From: Gemmatimonadota bacterium
GTDB taxonomy: Bacteria > Gemmatimonadota > Gemmatimonadetes > Palauibacterales > Palauibacteraceae
Direction of reading: 5' to 3'
Length of the DNA: 64,000 nucleotides
Assembly (NCBI GenBank): GCA_963666735.1
Contig: OY762926.1
Span: 416,001-480,000, forward strand
Of this stretch, positions 18,148-28,354 are shown piece by piece. Made by a program: the position numbers and the translations under genes. How positions within the stretch are numbered: the stretch's first letter is position 1; each line of letters begins with the position of its first letter. Below the pieces are notes generated by a model. It was not told the origin of the DNA, ran no database searches, and worked only from the letters and a program-made list of their open reading frames with translations.

Positions 18148-19595
18148 GTCTCGATCTCTCTGGTGATGGGGTGTGAGTGCCGCCAGGCGCGGCCGCCGGG
18201 CCAGCCGGCCAGGATCGCGGAGTACAGCCCGGCCGCGCCGCCGGCCCGGGCGAGGAGCAGTCCGCCGGGCGGGAACTTGGGCACCTGGCGGCGCGTCTCC
18301 GAGTCCGGCACGCCTTCGGCCAGGCCTCCCGCGCCGCGCGCGACCTTGCTCAACGGCCGCGTCGTCGCCTCCAGCAGCGCTTCGGTGATCCGCGCCCGGC
18401 ACCAGCCGGCTTCCCGGTAGATGGCGTGGTGCTCGGGCGAGAGGAGCAGCACGGCGTGCGCCCACTCGCAGATCTTCGGGTGGCAGACGGCCAGCAGGCA
18501 CGCGGCGAGCGACGCGGTCAGTTCTTCGGGCGTTCGGGAGCGCTGGTCCATGATCCCCTGCACGCCCTCGCCCTGGAAGAGGGTGACGGCGCTGGCCCCG
18601 CGCGGGATGCCGCGTGACACGGAGAGCGGCTCCCACTCCTCGTCCGATTCGTCCTCCGCGAAACAGAACGTGTACTTGCTGGGCGCCCCGAAGGTCGAGC
18701 GGTCGATCTCGCCCGGGCGTCCGCCGCCGACGTTGCGCACGATGAGGTTGAGCGCCCGTCCGATGGTCGCGTTGGCACGGTTCCCCTGCCCGAGGACGTT
18801 GAGCCCCGAGTTCATCCCGATGCGGCGCGCGATGGGACCGTTCACGATGGCGAGGGGCGCCGTGAAGCAGGTGCTGCACAGGATCCCGTGCAGCGTGAAG
18901 TCGGGGTCGAGCGCCGCCTCGAGCGCCGCGAGCACGACCGGCATGTACTCCGGCTTGCACCCCGCGAGCACGGCGTTGATCGCCACTTTCTCCACGGTGC
19001 ACTCGGCGTAGTCCGGCGGTACCGCGCCCACGACATCGTCGGGAGCCCGGGACGTGCCCGTGAGCATGCGCAGAGTCCGCTCCGGCGTCGGCGGGACGAC
19101 GGGCAGCCCGTCCGTCCACCCGCGCTCGAAGCACGCTTCCGCGGCGTCCGCGTGCGGATCCAGAGCCACCTGCCTCGCCGCGAGGCCCGTTTCGCCGAAA
19201 CGCGCGCGCAGTCGCTCCGCGGCGCCGGGTTCGACGGACCGGGAGCCGCAGCCCGGCTGGAACTCGGGCAGTTCCGCGCCCAGATCCGGAGTTGACGTCA
19301 GGTCGCGCCATTTCGCCCGGTTCCAGCCCACCGCGCGCCCCGTCTCATTTCCACCATCGAAGCGCACGAGCGTGGGGACCGTCTCGATCCCGAGCCGGAA
19401 CGAGTGCTCGAGTTGCGTGTCGTCGACGACGCCGGAAAGCGCGGCGGGGAAGTCCGGGTCGTCCTGGCTCAAGATGGCGAGACCGTCGCGGCCATCGGCG
19501 AGCCGCCCCAGTACGGGTTCGACGAGTTGGCAGGTGGGGCAGTCCCGCTTGACGACGACCACGAGACCGTCCGCCGGGAGCGGAGCGTGTTCCAT
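18144..19595 (-). CDS. Thioredoxin-fold (CPTC) protein with conserved C-terminal domain, partner of UGSC proteins
   Basis: VKRDCPTC, ETVPT cis-Pro loop, PGCGS, GWTDGLPVVPPT, GNRANATIGRAL; ATGA overlap with the UGSC gene. Confidence 0.82.
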   Translation of the reverse strand: MEHAPLPADGLVVVVKRDCPTCQLVEPVLGRLADGRDGLAILSQDDPDFPAALSGVVDDTQLEHSFRLGIETVPTLVRFDGGNETGRAVGWNRAKWRDLTSTPDLGAELPEFQPGCGSRSVEPGAAERLRARFGETGLAARQVALDPHADAAEACFERGWTDGLPVVPPTPERTLRMLTGTSRAPDDVVGAVPPDYAECTVEKVAINAVLAGCKPEYMPVVLAALEAALDPDFTLHGILCSTCFTAPLAIVNGPIARRIGMNSGLNVLGQGNRANATIGRALNLIVRNVGGGRPGEIDRSTFGAPSKYTFCFAEDESDEEWEPLSVSRGIPRGASAVTLFQGEGVQGIMDQRSRTPEELTASLAACLLAVCHPKICEWAHAVLLLSPEHHAIYREAGWCRARITEALLEATTRPLSKVARGAGGLAEGVPDSETRRQVPKFPPGGLLLARAGGAAGLYSAILAGWPGGRAWRHSHPITREIET

Positions 19596-19688
19596 GTCCC
19601 AACCGTAACCCGCCCGTCCCGTCCGTCCAAGCCGGCCCCCGCGCTCCGATGGATGGCGGGGGGCGCGCGTTCATGCGAATCGTGACGC

Positions 19689-19723
19689 TTGACAATTCAG
19701 TGACCAGTCATCAAATCTGGTCA
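19689..19723 (+). promoter_or_regulatory. TA promoter/operator: TTGACA plus inverted repeat TGACCAG-N9-CTGGTCA
   Basis: TTGACA at 19689-19694; palindrome 19701-19723 abutting the antitoxin ATG; no Shine-Dalgarno sequence, so possibly leaderless. Confidence 0.65.
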
Positions 19724-19724
19724 T

Positions 19725-19964
19725 ATGGAGACGATCAACGCTTCCGATTTCAAGGCCAGGTGTCTCGCGATCCTTGACCGGGTGCGCGATACGGGTGAAC
19801 GGGTCGTCATCCTGAAACGCGGCCGGCCGGTCGCGGAACTCGTGCCGCCGAGCCATTCCGTCTCCGAGTTCCCGCAGGAGGAGTTGAAGGGGACCGTTAC
19901 CGTCCACGCCGACATCGTCGGACCGGCGATTCCCGAGGAGCACTGGGAGAGCCTCCGGAAGTGA
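19725..19964 (+). CDS. Phd/YefM family antitoxin
   Basis: INASDFKARCLAILDRV...VVILKRGRPVAELVP. Confidence 0.9.
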   Translation: METINASDFKARCLAILDRVRDTGERVVILKRGRPVAELVPPSHSVSEFPQEELKGTVTVHADIVGPAIPEEHWESLRK

Positions 19965-20359
19965 CGCCGATGCTCGACACGCACATTCTGATCTGGTGGT
20001 TCGAGCAGGCGGGTCGCCTCTCCGCGGCCCAACGGGAGATCATCGAAGCGGCGGACGGCAACCCTCCCCTGATCCTCTCCGACATCTCGCTCCTGGAAAT
20101 CGCGACGCTGTGCGGTCTCGGCCGGATCCGGCTGTCGATCCCGCTGCGCGACTGGCTGGAGAAGGCCGTGGCCCCTCCGCTGGTGCGGCGACAGGGGATC
20201 TCTCCGGCCATCGCTTCGGAGATCGCGGCCCTGCCGGATTCGTTCCACCGGGATCCCGCGGACCGGACGATCGTCGCGACGGCCAGGGCCCTGGGCGCAA
20301 CCCTTCTGACTCAGGATCGCCGCATCATCGAGTCCGGATTGGTCCAAGCCATCGGATAG
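19961..20359 (+). CDS. vapC: VapC/PIN toxin
   Basis: LDTHILIW, ISLLEI, HRDPADRTIVATA, LLTQD; 4-bp overlap with the antitoxin. Confidence 0.92.
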   Translation: MTPMLDTHILIWWFEQAGRLSAAQREIIEAADGNPPLILSDISLLEIATLCGLGRIRLSIPLRDWLEKAVAPPLVRRQGISPAIASEIAALPDSFHRDPADRTIVATARALGATLLTQDRRIIESGLVQAIG

Positions 20360-20456
20360 CGTCCGCCGGTCCGCGCAGCCGTTGACCGCGCGCGGGACTG
20401 AACGGACATTCACGGCTGCGTGTTGTGAAGGGGTGCGCGGGGACATGTTCCCCCGC

Positions 20457-20501
20457 GATGGACCCAATGATGGACCCACGATGGACCAATGATGGACCCA
20501 C
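20457..20501. repeat. Short tandem repeat, 4 x GATGGACC(C)A(AT/C)
   Basis: gatggacccaat gatggacccac gatggaccaat gatggacccac. Confidence 0.8.
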
Positions 20502-20520
20502 TCGGAAGGATGTACCTCTC

Positions 20521-22242
20521 ATGAACCGAACCGCACTCGCGCGCCGGCTGGCGGGCGGGGTGGTCCCGGGCCTGCTCCTCGCGTCGCTGTCCGGCCTCGC
20601 CGCTCCCGCGGCCGCCGACGCGCAGTACATGCCGAGCCAGACCCCGGTGCCTCCCCCGTTCTTCGCGCTCCGGAACGCGCGCATCGTGACCGGCACGGGA
20701 GCCGTGATCGAGAACGGCACCGTCGTCATCGCCAACGGCCTCATCGAAGCCGTCGGGGCCGACGTCGACATCCCCGGCGAGGCCTGGGTCATCGACGTTA
20801 CGGATCTCACCGTTTACCCCGGCCTCTTCGACGGCCTGTCGCAGGTGGGACTGGAGACGGAGGGCGGGGATGGGCCCGGCGCCGGTGGAGGCGCGGGCGG
20901 GAATCCCTTCGCCTTCCTCGTGGCGCAGGGGAACCAGCCTCGCACGGTGAGTCCCGAGGATCGCCCGGCGACGAACTCCTGGTTTAACGCCGCGGACATG
21001 TTGAACTCCGATGCGGACGCGATCGAGACATGGCGCAGCGGCGGGTTCACGAACGCGCTCGTGGCGCCCGACGACGGGATCGTCACGGGACAGGGCGTCG
21101 TGGTAAACCTCGCGGGCGACGAGCAGGAGATGGTCGTGAAGGCGCCCGCCGCTCTTCGGGTAACGATGAGTGGCGCCGGCGGATTCAGGAGCTTCCCGGG
21201 TTCGCTCATGGGCGTCATCTCCTACATCCGGCAGCTCTATCTCGACGCGGAGCATGCCCGGCAGTACGAGGCGAGCTACATGGCGAACCCGAGCGGGCAG
21301 CCGCGTCCGGCCTATGACCGCGCGCTCGGCCCGGTTCAGGATGCGATCGCGGGCGGCTGGCCCACGGTCATGCCGGCGAACGAGGTGCGGCAGATCCGGC
21401 GGGCGATCAAGCTCGGGCGCGACACCGGCGCGCGGCCGGTCCTGCAGGGCGCGCACGAGGCGTATGAGCTGGCCGGCGAGATCGCGGCCGCGGGCGTCCC
21501 GGTGCTCGTCAACGTGGACTGGCCCGAGCGAAACCGCGATGCGGACCCGGAAGCCGAGGAGTCGCTTTCGTCGCTGAAGCGCCGCGCCTACGCGCCGACG
21601 ACGCCGGCCCGGCTCGAGGAGGCCGGGGCGGAATGGGCCTTCTACAGCGGCTCGGCGAACAGCCCCCGCGCCATGATGGACAACGTGCGGACGGCGATCG
21701 AGAACGGGCTCTCGGAGGAGGCGGCGCTGGAAGCGCTCACCGCCGCCCCGGCGCGGATCTACGGCGTGGACGCGATGCTGGGCTCCGTCGAGGCGGGGAA
21801 GATCGCGAACCTCGTCGTCGCGGACGGCCCGCTGTTCGACGAGGACACCGACATTCGGATGGTGTTCGTCGATGGCCACAAGTTCGAGGAGGAGGCGCTC
21901 GAGCCGAGGCCGACCGAACCGCCGGCCGTCGACATGAACGGCACCTGGCTCCTCTCCCTGAACAACGATTCGCAGGAGGCGACGGCTGAACTCGAGGTGT
22001 CGGAGGACGGCACGATCTCCGGAACGATCCAGGGCGAGCGCGGCGAGCAGCAGATCACGGACGGCTGGGTGAGCGGCAACGAGTTCAGCATCACGGCCTC
22101 CGCCACGATGGGACCGGGCATGGAAGTGGAGATCGTCTATACCGGCACGGTCGAGGGCGATTCGATCGAGGGGAACGCTTCCTTCGGCGGCATGCGCAAC
22201 ATGGACTTCACGGGCGCGAGGCCCGGGGGAGGTGTCCGATGA
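20521..22242 (+). CDS. Exported amidohydrolase-family protein 1 (HxH absent) with C-terminal beta domain
   Basis: Signal peptide; YPGLFDG; LGSVEAGKIANLVV. Confidence 0.85.
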   Translation: MNRTALARRLAGGVVPGLLLASLSGLAAPAAADAQYMPSQTPVPPPFFALRNARIVTGTGAVIENGTVVIANGLIEAVGADVDIPGEAWVIDVTDLTVYPGLFDGLSQVGLETEGGDGPGAGGGAGGNPFAFLVAQGNQPRTVSPEDRPATNSWFNAADMLNSDADAIETWRSGGFTNALVAPDDGIVTGQGVVVNLAGDEQEMVVKAPAALRVTMSGAGGFRSFPGSLMGVISYIRQLYLDAEHARQYEASYMANPSGQPRPAYDRALGPVQDAIAGGWPTVMPANEVRQIRRAIKLGRDTGARPVLQGAHEAYELAGEIAAAGVPVLVNVDWPERNRDADPEAEESLSSLKRRAYAPTTPARLEEAGAEWAFYSGSANSPRAMMDNVRTAIENGLSEEAALEALTAAPARIYGVDAMLGSVEAGKIANLVVADGPLFDEDTDIRMVFVDGHKFEEEALEPRPTEPPAVDMNGTWLLSLNNDSQEATAELEVSEDGTISGTIQGERGEQQITDGWVSGNEFSITASATMGPGMEVEIVYTGTVEGDSIEGNASFGGMRNMDFTGARPGGGVR

Positions 22243-23663
22243 GACAGGCCATGCGACAGGCCATGAGACACGGTACGAGGCGGGTGGGGGCTGGCTGGCT
22301 GGCGCTCGCGGTCGCGCTCGGGATTCCGGGCGGGGTCGCCGCGCAGGACCAGCCGATCCTGATCCGCGGCGCGACGATCCTCACCGCGGCGGAAGCCGGC
22401 CGGATCGAGGACGGCGCCGTCCTGTTCCAGAACGGGCGTATCGTCGCGGTCGGCCCGGCCTCCGAAGTCGAGGCCCCCGCCGATGCGCTGGTGATCGACG
22501 GCACGGGCAAGTTCGTCACGCCCGGAATCGTCGACGCGCACTCCCACATCGCGGCGGACGCGATCAACGAGGGGGCGGTCTCCGTCTCCTCCATGGTCTC
22601 GATCCACGACGTGATCGACCCGACGGACATCGCGATCTACCGCGAGGTGGCGGGCGGCACGACGACGTCGCACGTGATGCACGGGAGCGCGAACCCGATC
22701 GGCGGCAACAACGCCGTCATCAAGCACCGCTGGGGCGCGGACGCGCAGGGGCTCCTGTTCCAGGGCGCGCCGCCGACGATCAAGTTCGCGCTCGGTGAGA
22801 ACCCGAAGCGGGCCGGCAGTCCCACCCTCCCGGGCCAGGAGGCGCGCTATCCCGCCTCCCGCATGGGAGTGATGGACGTCATCCGGCAGGCCTTCATCGA
22901 GGCCACCGGGTACAAGGCCGAGTGGGACGCCTATCGTACCCGGGTGGCGGACGGCGACAGGAACGCGATTCCGCCGCGCCGCAACCTGACCATGGATCCG
23001 CTGGTCGAGGTCCTCGAAGGCACGCGCTACGTGCACGCGCACAGCTACCGCGCGGACGAGATCCTGCAACTCATGAGGGCGGCCGAGGAGTTCGACTTCC
23101 GCATCCACGTGTTCCAGCATGTGCTGGAGGGCTACCGGGTCGCCGACGAGATGGCGGAGCACGGAGCCCACGCCTCCACCTTCTCGGACTGGTGGGCCTA
23201 CAAGATGGAGGCCTACGAGGCGATCCCCTACAACGCGGCCATCATGACCCGGCGCGGCGTCAACGTCTCCATCAACTCCGACAGCGGAGAAGAAGGACGG
23301 CACCTCAATCAGGAAGCCGCCAAGACGATGAAGTGGGGCGGCCTGAGCGAGGCCGAGGCACTTGCCACCGTCACGATCAACCCGGCGATCCAGCTTATGA
23401 TCGACGACCGGGTGGGGTCGCTGGAAGCGGGGAAGGACGCGGACATCGTCCTGTGGGAGAACTATCCGCTCTCCTCCTACGCGAAGGTTCGGACGACGTA
23501 TATCGAAGGCGAGGTCATGTTCGATATCGACGCCGACATGGCGATGCGAGCCGAAATCGAGGCGGAGAAGGCGGAACTTAGAGAGATGCTCGGCGAGGCG
23601 GACGATTCCGAGGATTCAGAGGACGAGCGGGATCCGGGCAGGCGGTCGGGAGGTGGACGATGA
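22239..23663 (+). CDS. Exported amidohydrolase-family protein 2 (metal-binding residues intact)
   Basis: PGIVDAHSH, HGSANPIGG, KFALGENPK, HAHSY, FQHVLE, SINSD. Confidence 0.9.
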   Translation: MRQAMRQAMRHGTRRVGAGWLALAVALGIPGGVAAQDQPILIRGATILTAAEAGRIEDGAVLFQNGRIVAVGPASEVEAPADALVIDGTGKFVTPGIVDAHSHIAADAINEGAVSVSSMVSIHDVIDPTDIAIYREVAGGTTTSHVMHGSANPIGGNNAVIKHRWGADAQGLLFQGAPPTIKFALGENPKRAGSPTLPGQEARYPASRMGVMDVIRQAFIEATGYKAEWDAYRTRVADGDRNAIPPRRNLTMDPLVEVLEGTRYVHAHSYRADEILQLMRAAEEFDFRIHVFQHVLEGYRVADEMAEHGAHASTFSDWWAYKMEAYEAIPYNAAIMTRRGVNVSINSDSGEEGRHLNQEAAKTMKWGGLSEAEALATVTINPAIQLMIDDRVGSLEAGKDADIVLWENYPLSSYAKVRTTYIEGEVMFDIDADMAMRAEIEAEKAELREMLGEADDSEDSEDERDPGRRSGGGR

Positions 23664-25084
23664 TGCGCGGGTCCGGGAACATCCTCGGGAACACCCTTCG
23701 TAACACTACGAACGACAGGATCGACACCATGGTGAAGTCGATAGCCGCGATAGCGGCAGTCTTCGGGACGGCCGGATTCGCCGTGCCCGCTCAGGCCGCC
23801 GCGCAGGAGGGCGGGACGTTCGCGGTGCAGGGGGCCACGATCCACACGGTGGCCGACGGCGTCATCGAGAACGGGACGATCGTGCTCAGGGACGGCCGCA
23901 TCATCGCGGTCGGAAGCGATGTCGAGATCCCGGCGGACGCCGAGATCATCGACGGGGAAGGGAAGCACGTCTTTCCCGGCATGATCGACGCCTTCAGCTC
24001 TTTGGGCCTCACGGAGGTCGGCGCCGTCGCGGTGACGAACGACGCGAGCGAACTGGGCCGCTGGAACCCGCATCTCAACGCCCACACGGCGATCCACCCC
24101 GCCAGCGAACACATTCCCGTCGCGCGCGCGAACGGGATCACGCATACGATGGCCGCGCCCGGCGGAGGCGGCCGTTTCGGCGGCGGCGGAGGCTCGGGCA
24201 TTCAGGGCCAGGCCACGCTCATCCATCTCGACGGCTGGACCGTGGAGGAGATGGAGATCGAGAAGACGGCGGCGATGGTCCTCGGCTGGCCCACGCTTTC
24301 CGCCGGCGGAGGCCGCTTCGGCGGCTTCGGCGGCGGCGGAGGCGGTCGGTCGTTCCGTCAGGCGCAGGAGCGTTTCGACGAGCAGGTCGCGGAGATGGAC
24401 GAGTGGTTCGTCGCCGCGCAGCACTACAGGCAGGCGGTGGAGTCCGGTTCGAACCGCGTGCCGCGCAACATCCAGCTCGAGCACCTGTCGCGCGTCCTCG
24501 ACCGGGGGATGAAGGTCATCGTGCGGGCGAACGGCTGGCGCGAGATCGAGTCGGCGATCGAGTTCGCGGAGAAGTGGAACCTGGACCTCGTCATCGCGGG
24601 CGGGACCGGCGCGCGCGAGATCGCGGGCACGCTGGCCGAGAAGAACATCCCGGTCATCCTGGGCCCGGTGCAGCGGCTGCCGCAGGGCGAGGACACCGCG
24701 TACGACGATCCGAACACGCTGCCCGGCGTGCTGCACGACGCGGGGGTCGAGATCGCCTTCGCGACCTTCAACTCCGCCGACTCGCGGACGCTGCCCTACG
24801 AGGCGGCGAACTCCGTGTCGTGGGGGCTCACGAAGGATGCGGCACTGGAGGCGGTGACGCTGGCGCCCGCGCGGGTGCTGGGGGTCGACGACCGGCTGGG
24901 GTCGCTCGAGGTTGGCAAGGTCGGCAACCTGATCGTGACCGATGGCGATCCGCTCGAGATCACGACCGAGATCGAGTGGGTGTTCATCAAGGGCGTGCCG
25001 TCCGACCTGGACAACAAGCACCGCAGTCTGTGGGAGAAGTACGACAACCGCCCCGCGCGGCGGGTGACCACGACGACGACCTGA
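23660..25084 (+). CDS. Exported amidohydrolase-family protein 3 (HxH absent); start may be 23729
   Basis: PGMIDAFSSLGL; LGSLEVGKVGNLIV. Confidence 0.85.
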   Translation: MMRGSGNILGNTLRNTTNDRIDTMVKSIAAIAAVFGTAGFAVPAQAAAQEGGTFAVQGATIHTVADGVIENGTIVLRDGRIIAVGSDVEIPADAEIIDGEGKHVFPGMIDAFSSLGLTEVGAVAVTNDASELGRWNPHLNAHTAIHPASEHIPVARANGITHTMAAPGGGGRFGGGGGSGIQGQATLIHLDGWTVEEMEIEKTAAMVLGWPTLSAGGGRFGGFGGGGGGRSFRQAQERFDEQVAEMDEWFVAAQHYRQAVESGSNRVPRNIQLEHLSRVLDRGMKVIVRANGWREIESAIEFAEKWNLDLVIAGGTGAREIAGTLAEKNIPVILGPVQRLPQGEDTAYDDPNTLPGVLHDAGVEIAFATFNSADSRTLPYEAANSVSWGLTKDAALEAVTLAPARVLGVDDRLGSLEVGKVGNLIVTDGDPLEITTEIEWVFIKGVPSDLDNKHRSLWEKYDNRPARRVTTTTT

Positions 25085-25120
25085 CGGCCGGAGCCGGACT
25101 GCGGGCGCGACGCCGCGCGG

Positions 25121-25471
25121 TTAGTCGTCGGTCTCGGGGCGGCGCCGCTTCTTCTTCGTGAGGGAGCGGCGCCGTTTCTGTTCCAGCCGCTTCTCGCGGG
25201 CGGCCCGCGTCGGCTTCGTCGCGCGGCGCGGCGGGGGGGTGTAGTCGCGCTCCCTGAGGGCCGCCCGCAGACGCTCGAGCGCGCGGGCCCGGTTGCGGTG
25301 CTGGCTCCGGGATTCGCGCGCGGTCGCCACGATGCCCGTGGGACGGTGCGTGAGCCGGACGGCCGACTCGGTCTTGTTCTGGTGCTGGCCGCCCGGACCG
25401 CCGGCCCTGAACGTCTCGACGGAACACTCGGCGAGCAGTTCCTCGTCGCTGCGTGACTCCGCGCTACTCAC
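25121..25471 (-). CDS. Peptide chain release factor-like protein (ArfB-like peptidyl-tRNA hydrolase)
   Basis: [26 protein letters not shown], basic tail [25 protein letters not shown] start after GGAGG. Confidence 0.88.
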   Translation of the reverse strand: MSSAESRSDEELLAECSVETFRAGGPGGQHQNKTESAVRLTHRPTGIVATARESRSQHRNRARALERLRAALRERDYTPPPRRATKPTRAAREKRLEQKRRRSLTKKKRRRPETDD

Positions 25472-25556
25472 GGTTTCCTCCCATCGGATCGCAGGCCGGT
25501 CCCCGCCGTCCCGGGGTACCGACACGAAGACCGGTCCATCACCGTAACTTGTCCAC

Positions 25557-26138
25557 ATGAACGAGTCGACGCACAACTTCGAGACACAGCGGGAGACACG
25601 GCGGGACCTGGAGCGGGAGACGGCGGATCCGGCGGCCGTCGCCATTGCGGACGGAGTCCGTCACGGCCTGGACCCGCGGTCGATCCCGCTGAAGCGGGTC
25701 GTCGGCCGCATCGTCACGGCGTGCGTCTCCCTCCCGCTGGCGGCGGGCGTCGCCGTGGCGTGGGCTGCGGGCGGGCCGCCACCGGGCGTCGTGGCGGCCA
25801 TCGTGAGCGGCTGGGTCGTCATCACCGGCGGGCTCGGCTGGTGGCTGCACCGCTGGGCGGTCCTCCATTACCGCTACGCCTCGTACACCGTCAACGAGGA
25901 GGACATCGAAATCCGGAGCGGGGTCGTGTGGCGGAAGGCGATCAGCGTACCGCGCTCCCGTGTCCAGCACACCGACGTGTCGCAGGGACCGCTCGAGCGT
26001 CGCTACGGCCTCGGCACGCTGGGCATCTATACCGCGGGAACCGACTACGCCAAGGTCTCCATCGACGGACTCGAGCATGAAACGGCGCTCCGAATCCGGG
26101 ATCATCTCCTGCCGCCCGCGGGGGCCGATGCCGTCTGA
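25557..26138 (+). CDS. bPH_2 domain membrane protein (YdbS-like)
   Basis: Two TM segments, then [27 protein letters not shown]. Confidence 0.88.
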   Translation: MNESTHNFETQRETRRDLERETADPAAVAIADGVRHGLDPRSIPLKRVVGRIVTACVSLPLAAGVAVAWAAGGPPPGVVAAIVSGWVVITGGLGWWLHRWAVLHYRYASYTVNEEDIEIRSGVVWRKAISVPRSRVQHTDVSQGPLERRYGLGTLGIYTAGTDYAKVSIDGLEHETALRIRDHLLPPAGADAV

Positions 26139-27765
26139 GCCGACCGGGCTCGATCGGGCCACCGAGCCTTCGGAGGCGTCCGATTCCTCCCGGGCGACCG
26201 AGCACCGGCTTCACCCGCTGTCGATCGGTTTCTCGCTCGCGGGCCAGGTCCGGCGTGCGATCCTCCCTCTGATCGTCGGGGGCGCGTCGGCCAACTTCCT
26301 CGGCGGCGTGGAGATGCGTTTCGTCCTCCTCATCGGACTCATCCCGCTCGTCGTGGGGTCCGTCGTTCGCTACCTGACCTTCCGGTATCGGTACGAGGAG
26401 GCGGAACTCGTGATTCGGAGCGGGCTTCTGTTTCGGCGCGAGCGGCACGTCCCCTACACCCGGATCCAGAACCTCGACGCGGTGCGGGGCGTCTTCCATC
26501 GCGTGCTGGGGGTCGTCGAGGTCCGGCTGCAAACCGGCGGGGGGCAGGAACCCGAGGCGACGCTGACCGTACTGCCGCTGCCGGCCCTGGAAGCGTTGCG
26601 ACAGCGAGTCCGCGAGGGAAAGCGGGAGGCGGCCGGGGAGATGACGGCCGCCGAGGAGGGGACGGCTGAGGAAGCGGCCACCGCCAGATCCCACGAGCCG
26701 CCGGTGGACCGCACCTCGGCCAGAGCGGCGGGGGGTCGCACCCTGCTGCATCTTCCCGCGCGCGAACTCCTGCTCCACGGCCTGCTCCAGAACCGCGGCA
26801 TGGTGCTGATCGCGGCCGCCTTCGGCATTGCGTGGGAAACCGGGCTCTTCGAACGGGCCTCCGACTGGGTCGCCGGGGAGCAGTCGTGGATCGGCCCCGC
26901 GGTCGAGGGCGCGGCCGCGGACGTGGTGGCAGCCGGCATTCTGGCCACCGTGGCCGCCGTGGGAGCGCTGGTCGCCGCCTTCGTGATCCTTGCGCGGGTG
27001 CTTTCCATCGCCTGGACGCTCGTACGCCTCCACGACTACCGCGTCGTGCGGTCCGAGGAGGGGCTGCGCGCCACATTCGGCATGCTGACGCAGGTCGCCG
27101 CCACCATCCCGCTGCGCCGCGTTCAGACGGTGACGATCCACGAGGGACTGCTCCAGCGCTGGGCGGGCCGCGTCGCGGTCGGCGTCCAGACCGCCGGAGG
27201 CAGCGGCGGGCAGCCAGGCAACGCGGATCCGCACCGGCACCGACTCGCGCCGATCCTGCGGCGGGAACGCCTGCGCGACTTCCTCCGGGAAGTGATCCCC
27301 GAACTGGACGCCCCCGAGGTCCGTTGGGAGCCCGTGTCTCCGCTCGCGTTCCGGCGCGTGGTGCGGGGAACGTGCTTCGTCGCCACGCTCGCGTCGGTTC
27401 CGCTCTACCTCACCCTCGGCGCCTGGGGCGTGGCCTTCCACGCCGCCTTTCTGGCCTGGGCCGTGTTCTACGCGCGGCGGTACGTTGACAGTCTCGGGTG
27501 GGCACTGAAGGACGACATGATCTGGTTCCGAAGCGGCTGGCTGTGGCGCCGCACGACGATCGCCCGCTACACCCGCATCCAGGTCGTGGCGCTGCGCGCG
27601 TCGCCGCTCGACCGCTGGCGCGACCTGGCGCGGCTCCGCGTGGACACCGCGGGCGCGGGCGCCGCCACCCACAAGGTAGACATCCCCTACCTGCCCGTGG
27701 CCACCGCCCGGGATCTGCGGAGGCACCTCGCCGCCGAAGCCGCTCGCACCGCCTTCCGCTGGTGA
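26128..27765 (+). CDS. bPH_2 domain membrane protein (YdbT-like)
   Basis: HRLHPLS N-terminus; three bPH_2 repeats (RIQNLD, RVQTVT, RIQVVA). Confidence 0.88.
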   Translation: MPSEPTGLDRATEPSEASDSSRATEHRLHPLSIGFSLAGQVRRAILPLIVGGASANFLGGVEMRFVLLIGLIPLVVGSVVRYLTFRYRYEEAELVIRSGLLFRRERHVPYTRIQNLDAVRGVFHRVLGVVEVRLQTGGGQEPEATLTVLPLPALEALRQRVREGKREAAGEMTAAEEGTAEEAATARSHEPPVDRTSARAAGGRTLLHLPARELLLHGLLQNRGMVLIAAAFGIAWETGLFERASDWVAGEQSWIGPAVEGAAADVVAAGILATVAAVGALVAAFVILARVLSIAWTLVRLHDYRVVRSEEGLRATFGMLTQVAATIPLRRVQTVTIHEGLLQRWAGRVAVGVQTAGGSGGQPGNADPHRHRLAPILRRERLRDFLREVIPELDAPEVRWEPVSPLAFRRVVRGTCFVATLASVPLYLTLGAWGVAFHAAFLAWAVFYARRYVDSLGWALKDDMIWFRSGWLWRRTTIARYTRIQVVALRASPLDRWRDLARLRVDTAGAGAATHKVDIPYLPVATARDLRRHLAAEAARTAFRW

Positions 27766-27928
27766 GCATCTCGCTCAGGCGCCGGCCAACGTTGTCCGCA
27801 GATCCGTGGTGGCGTACGGTGCGCATCCGAATCATGGAGGGCTTGTGGCGAGTAGAGACACGCATGAGCAGACGCTTGGGGGTGCCGGGGTGTGGAAGGA
27901 ACCGCTCCGCGCGCAGCGTGCGAGTGGC

Positions 27929-28354
27929 ATGAACGCAGTCGGCGAACCCCCCAGGTGGCGGTACAGGTATCGCAACTTCACGGGCGCGTTCACCCTGTTT
28001 CGCGAGGCGGCGGGCAGGGAACCGGGGTCGTTGAACGACCTGGAGCGCGAAGGGTTGGTCCAGCGCTTCGAGTACACGTTCGAGTTGGCGTGGAAGACCC
28101 TGAAGGATCTGCTCGAACACGACGGCGTCCAGTTGGCGACCGTCACGCCGCGCCATGTGATTCGCGAGGCGTTCGCGGCCGGGATGATCGATGACGGCCA
28201 GGGCTGGCTCGACATGCTGACGGATCGAAACGCGATGGCGCACGAATACGATCGCGCCGCCTTCGAGACCGTCGCGGCCCGAATCCACGGGCAGTATCTG
28301 CACCTCATCGAGACGGTGTGGATGCAACTGGGGGAGCGGGAGACGGACTCGTGA
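27929..28354 (+). CDS. HEPN toxin / nucleotidyltransferase substrate-binding protein (HI0074 family)
   Basis: EGLVQRFEYTFELAWKTLKD; RNAMAHEY (Rx4H). Confidence 0.92.
   Translation: MNAVGEPPRWRYRYRNFTGAFTLFREAAGREPGSLNDLEREGLVQRFEYTFELAWKTLKDLLEHDGVQLATVTPRHVIREAFAAGMIDDGQGWLDMLTDRNAMAHEYDRAAFETVAARIHGQYLHLIETVWMQLGERETDS

Noticed and set aside
18148..19311. Long N-terminal extension of the 500-aa ORF 17809..19311
   Set aside because: Alternative frame within the thioredoxin gene; only the part from ATG 18147 is credible.
20457..20501. Possible CRISPR array
   Set aside because: Units are 11-12 bp with no spacers, and no cas genes are present.
24150..24350. GGC-rich repeats
   Set aside because: They encode Gly-rich GGGRFGG linkers within amidohydrolase 3.
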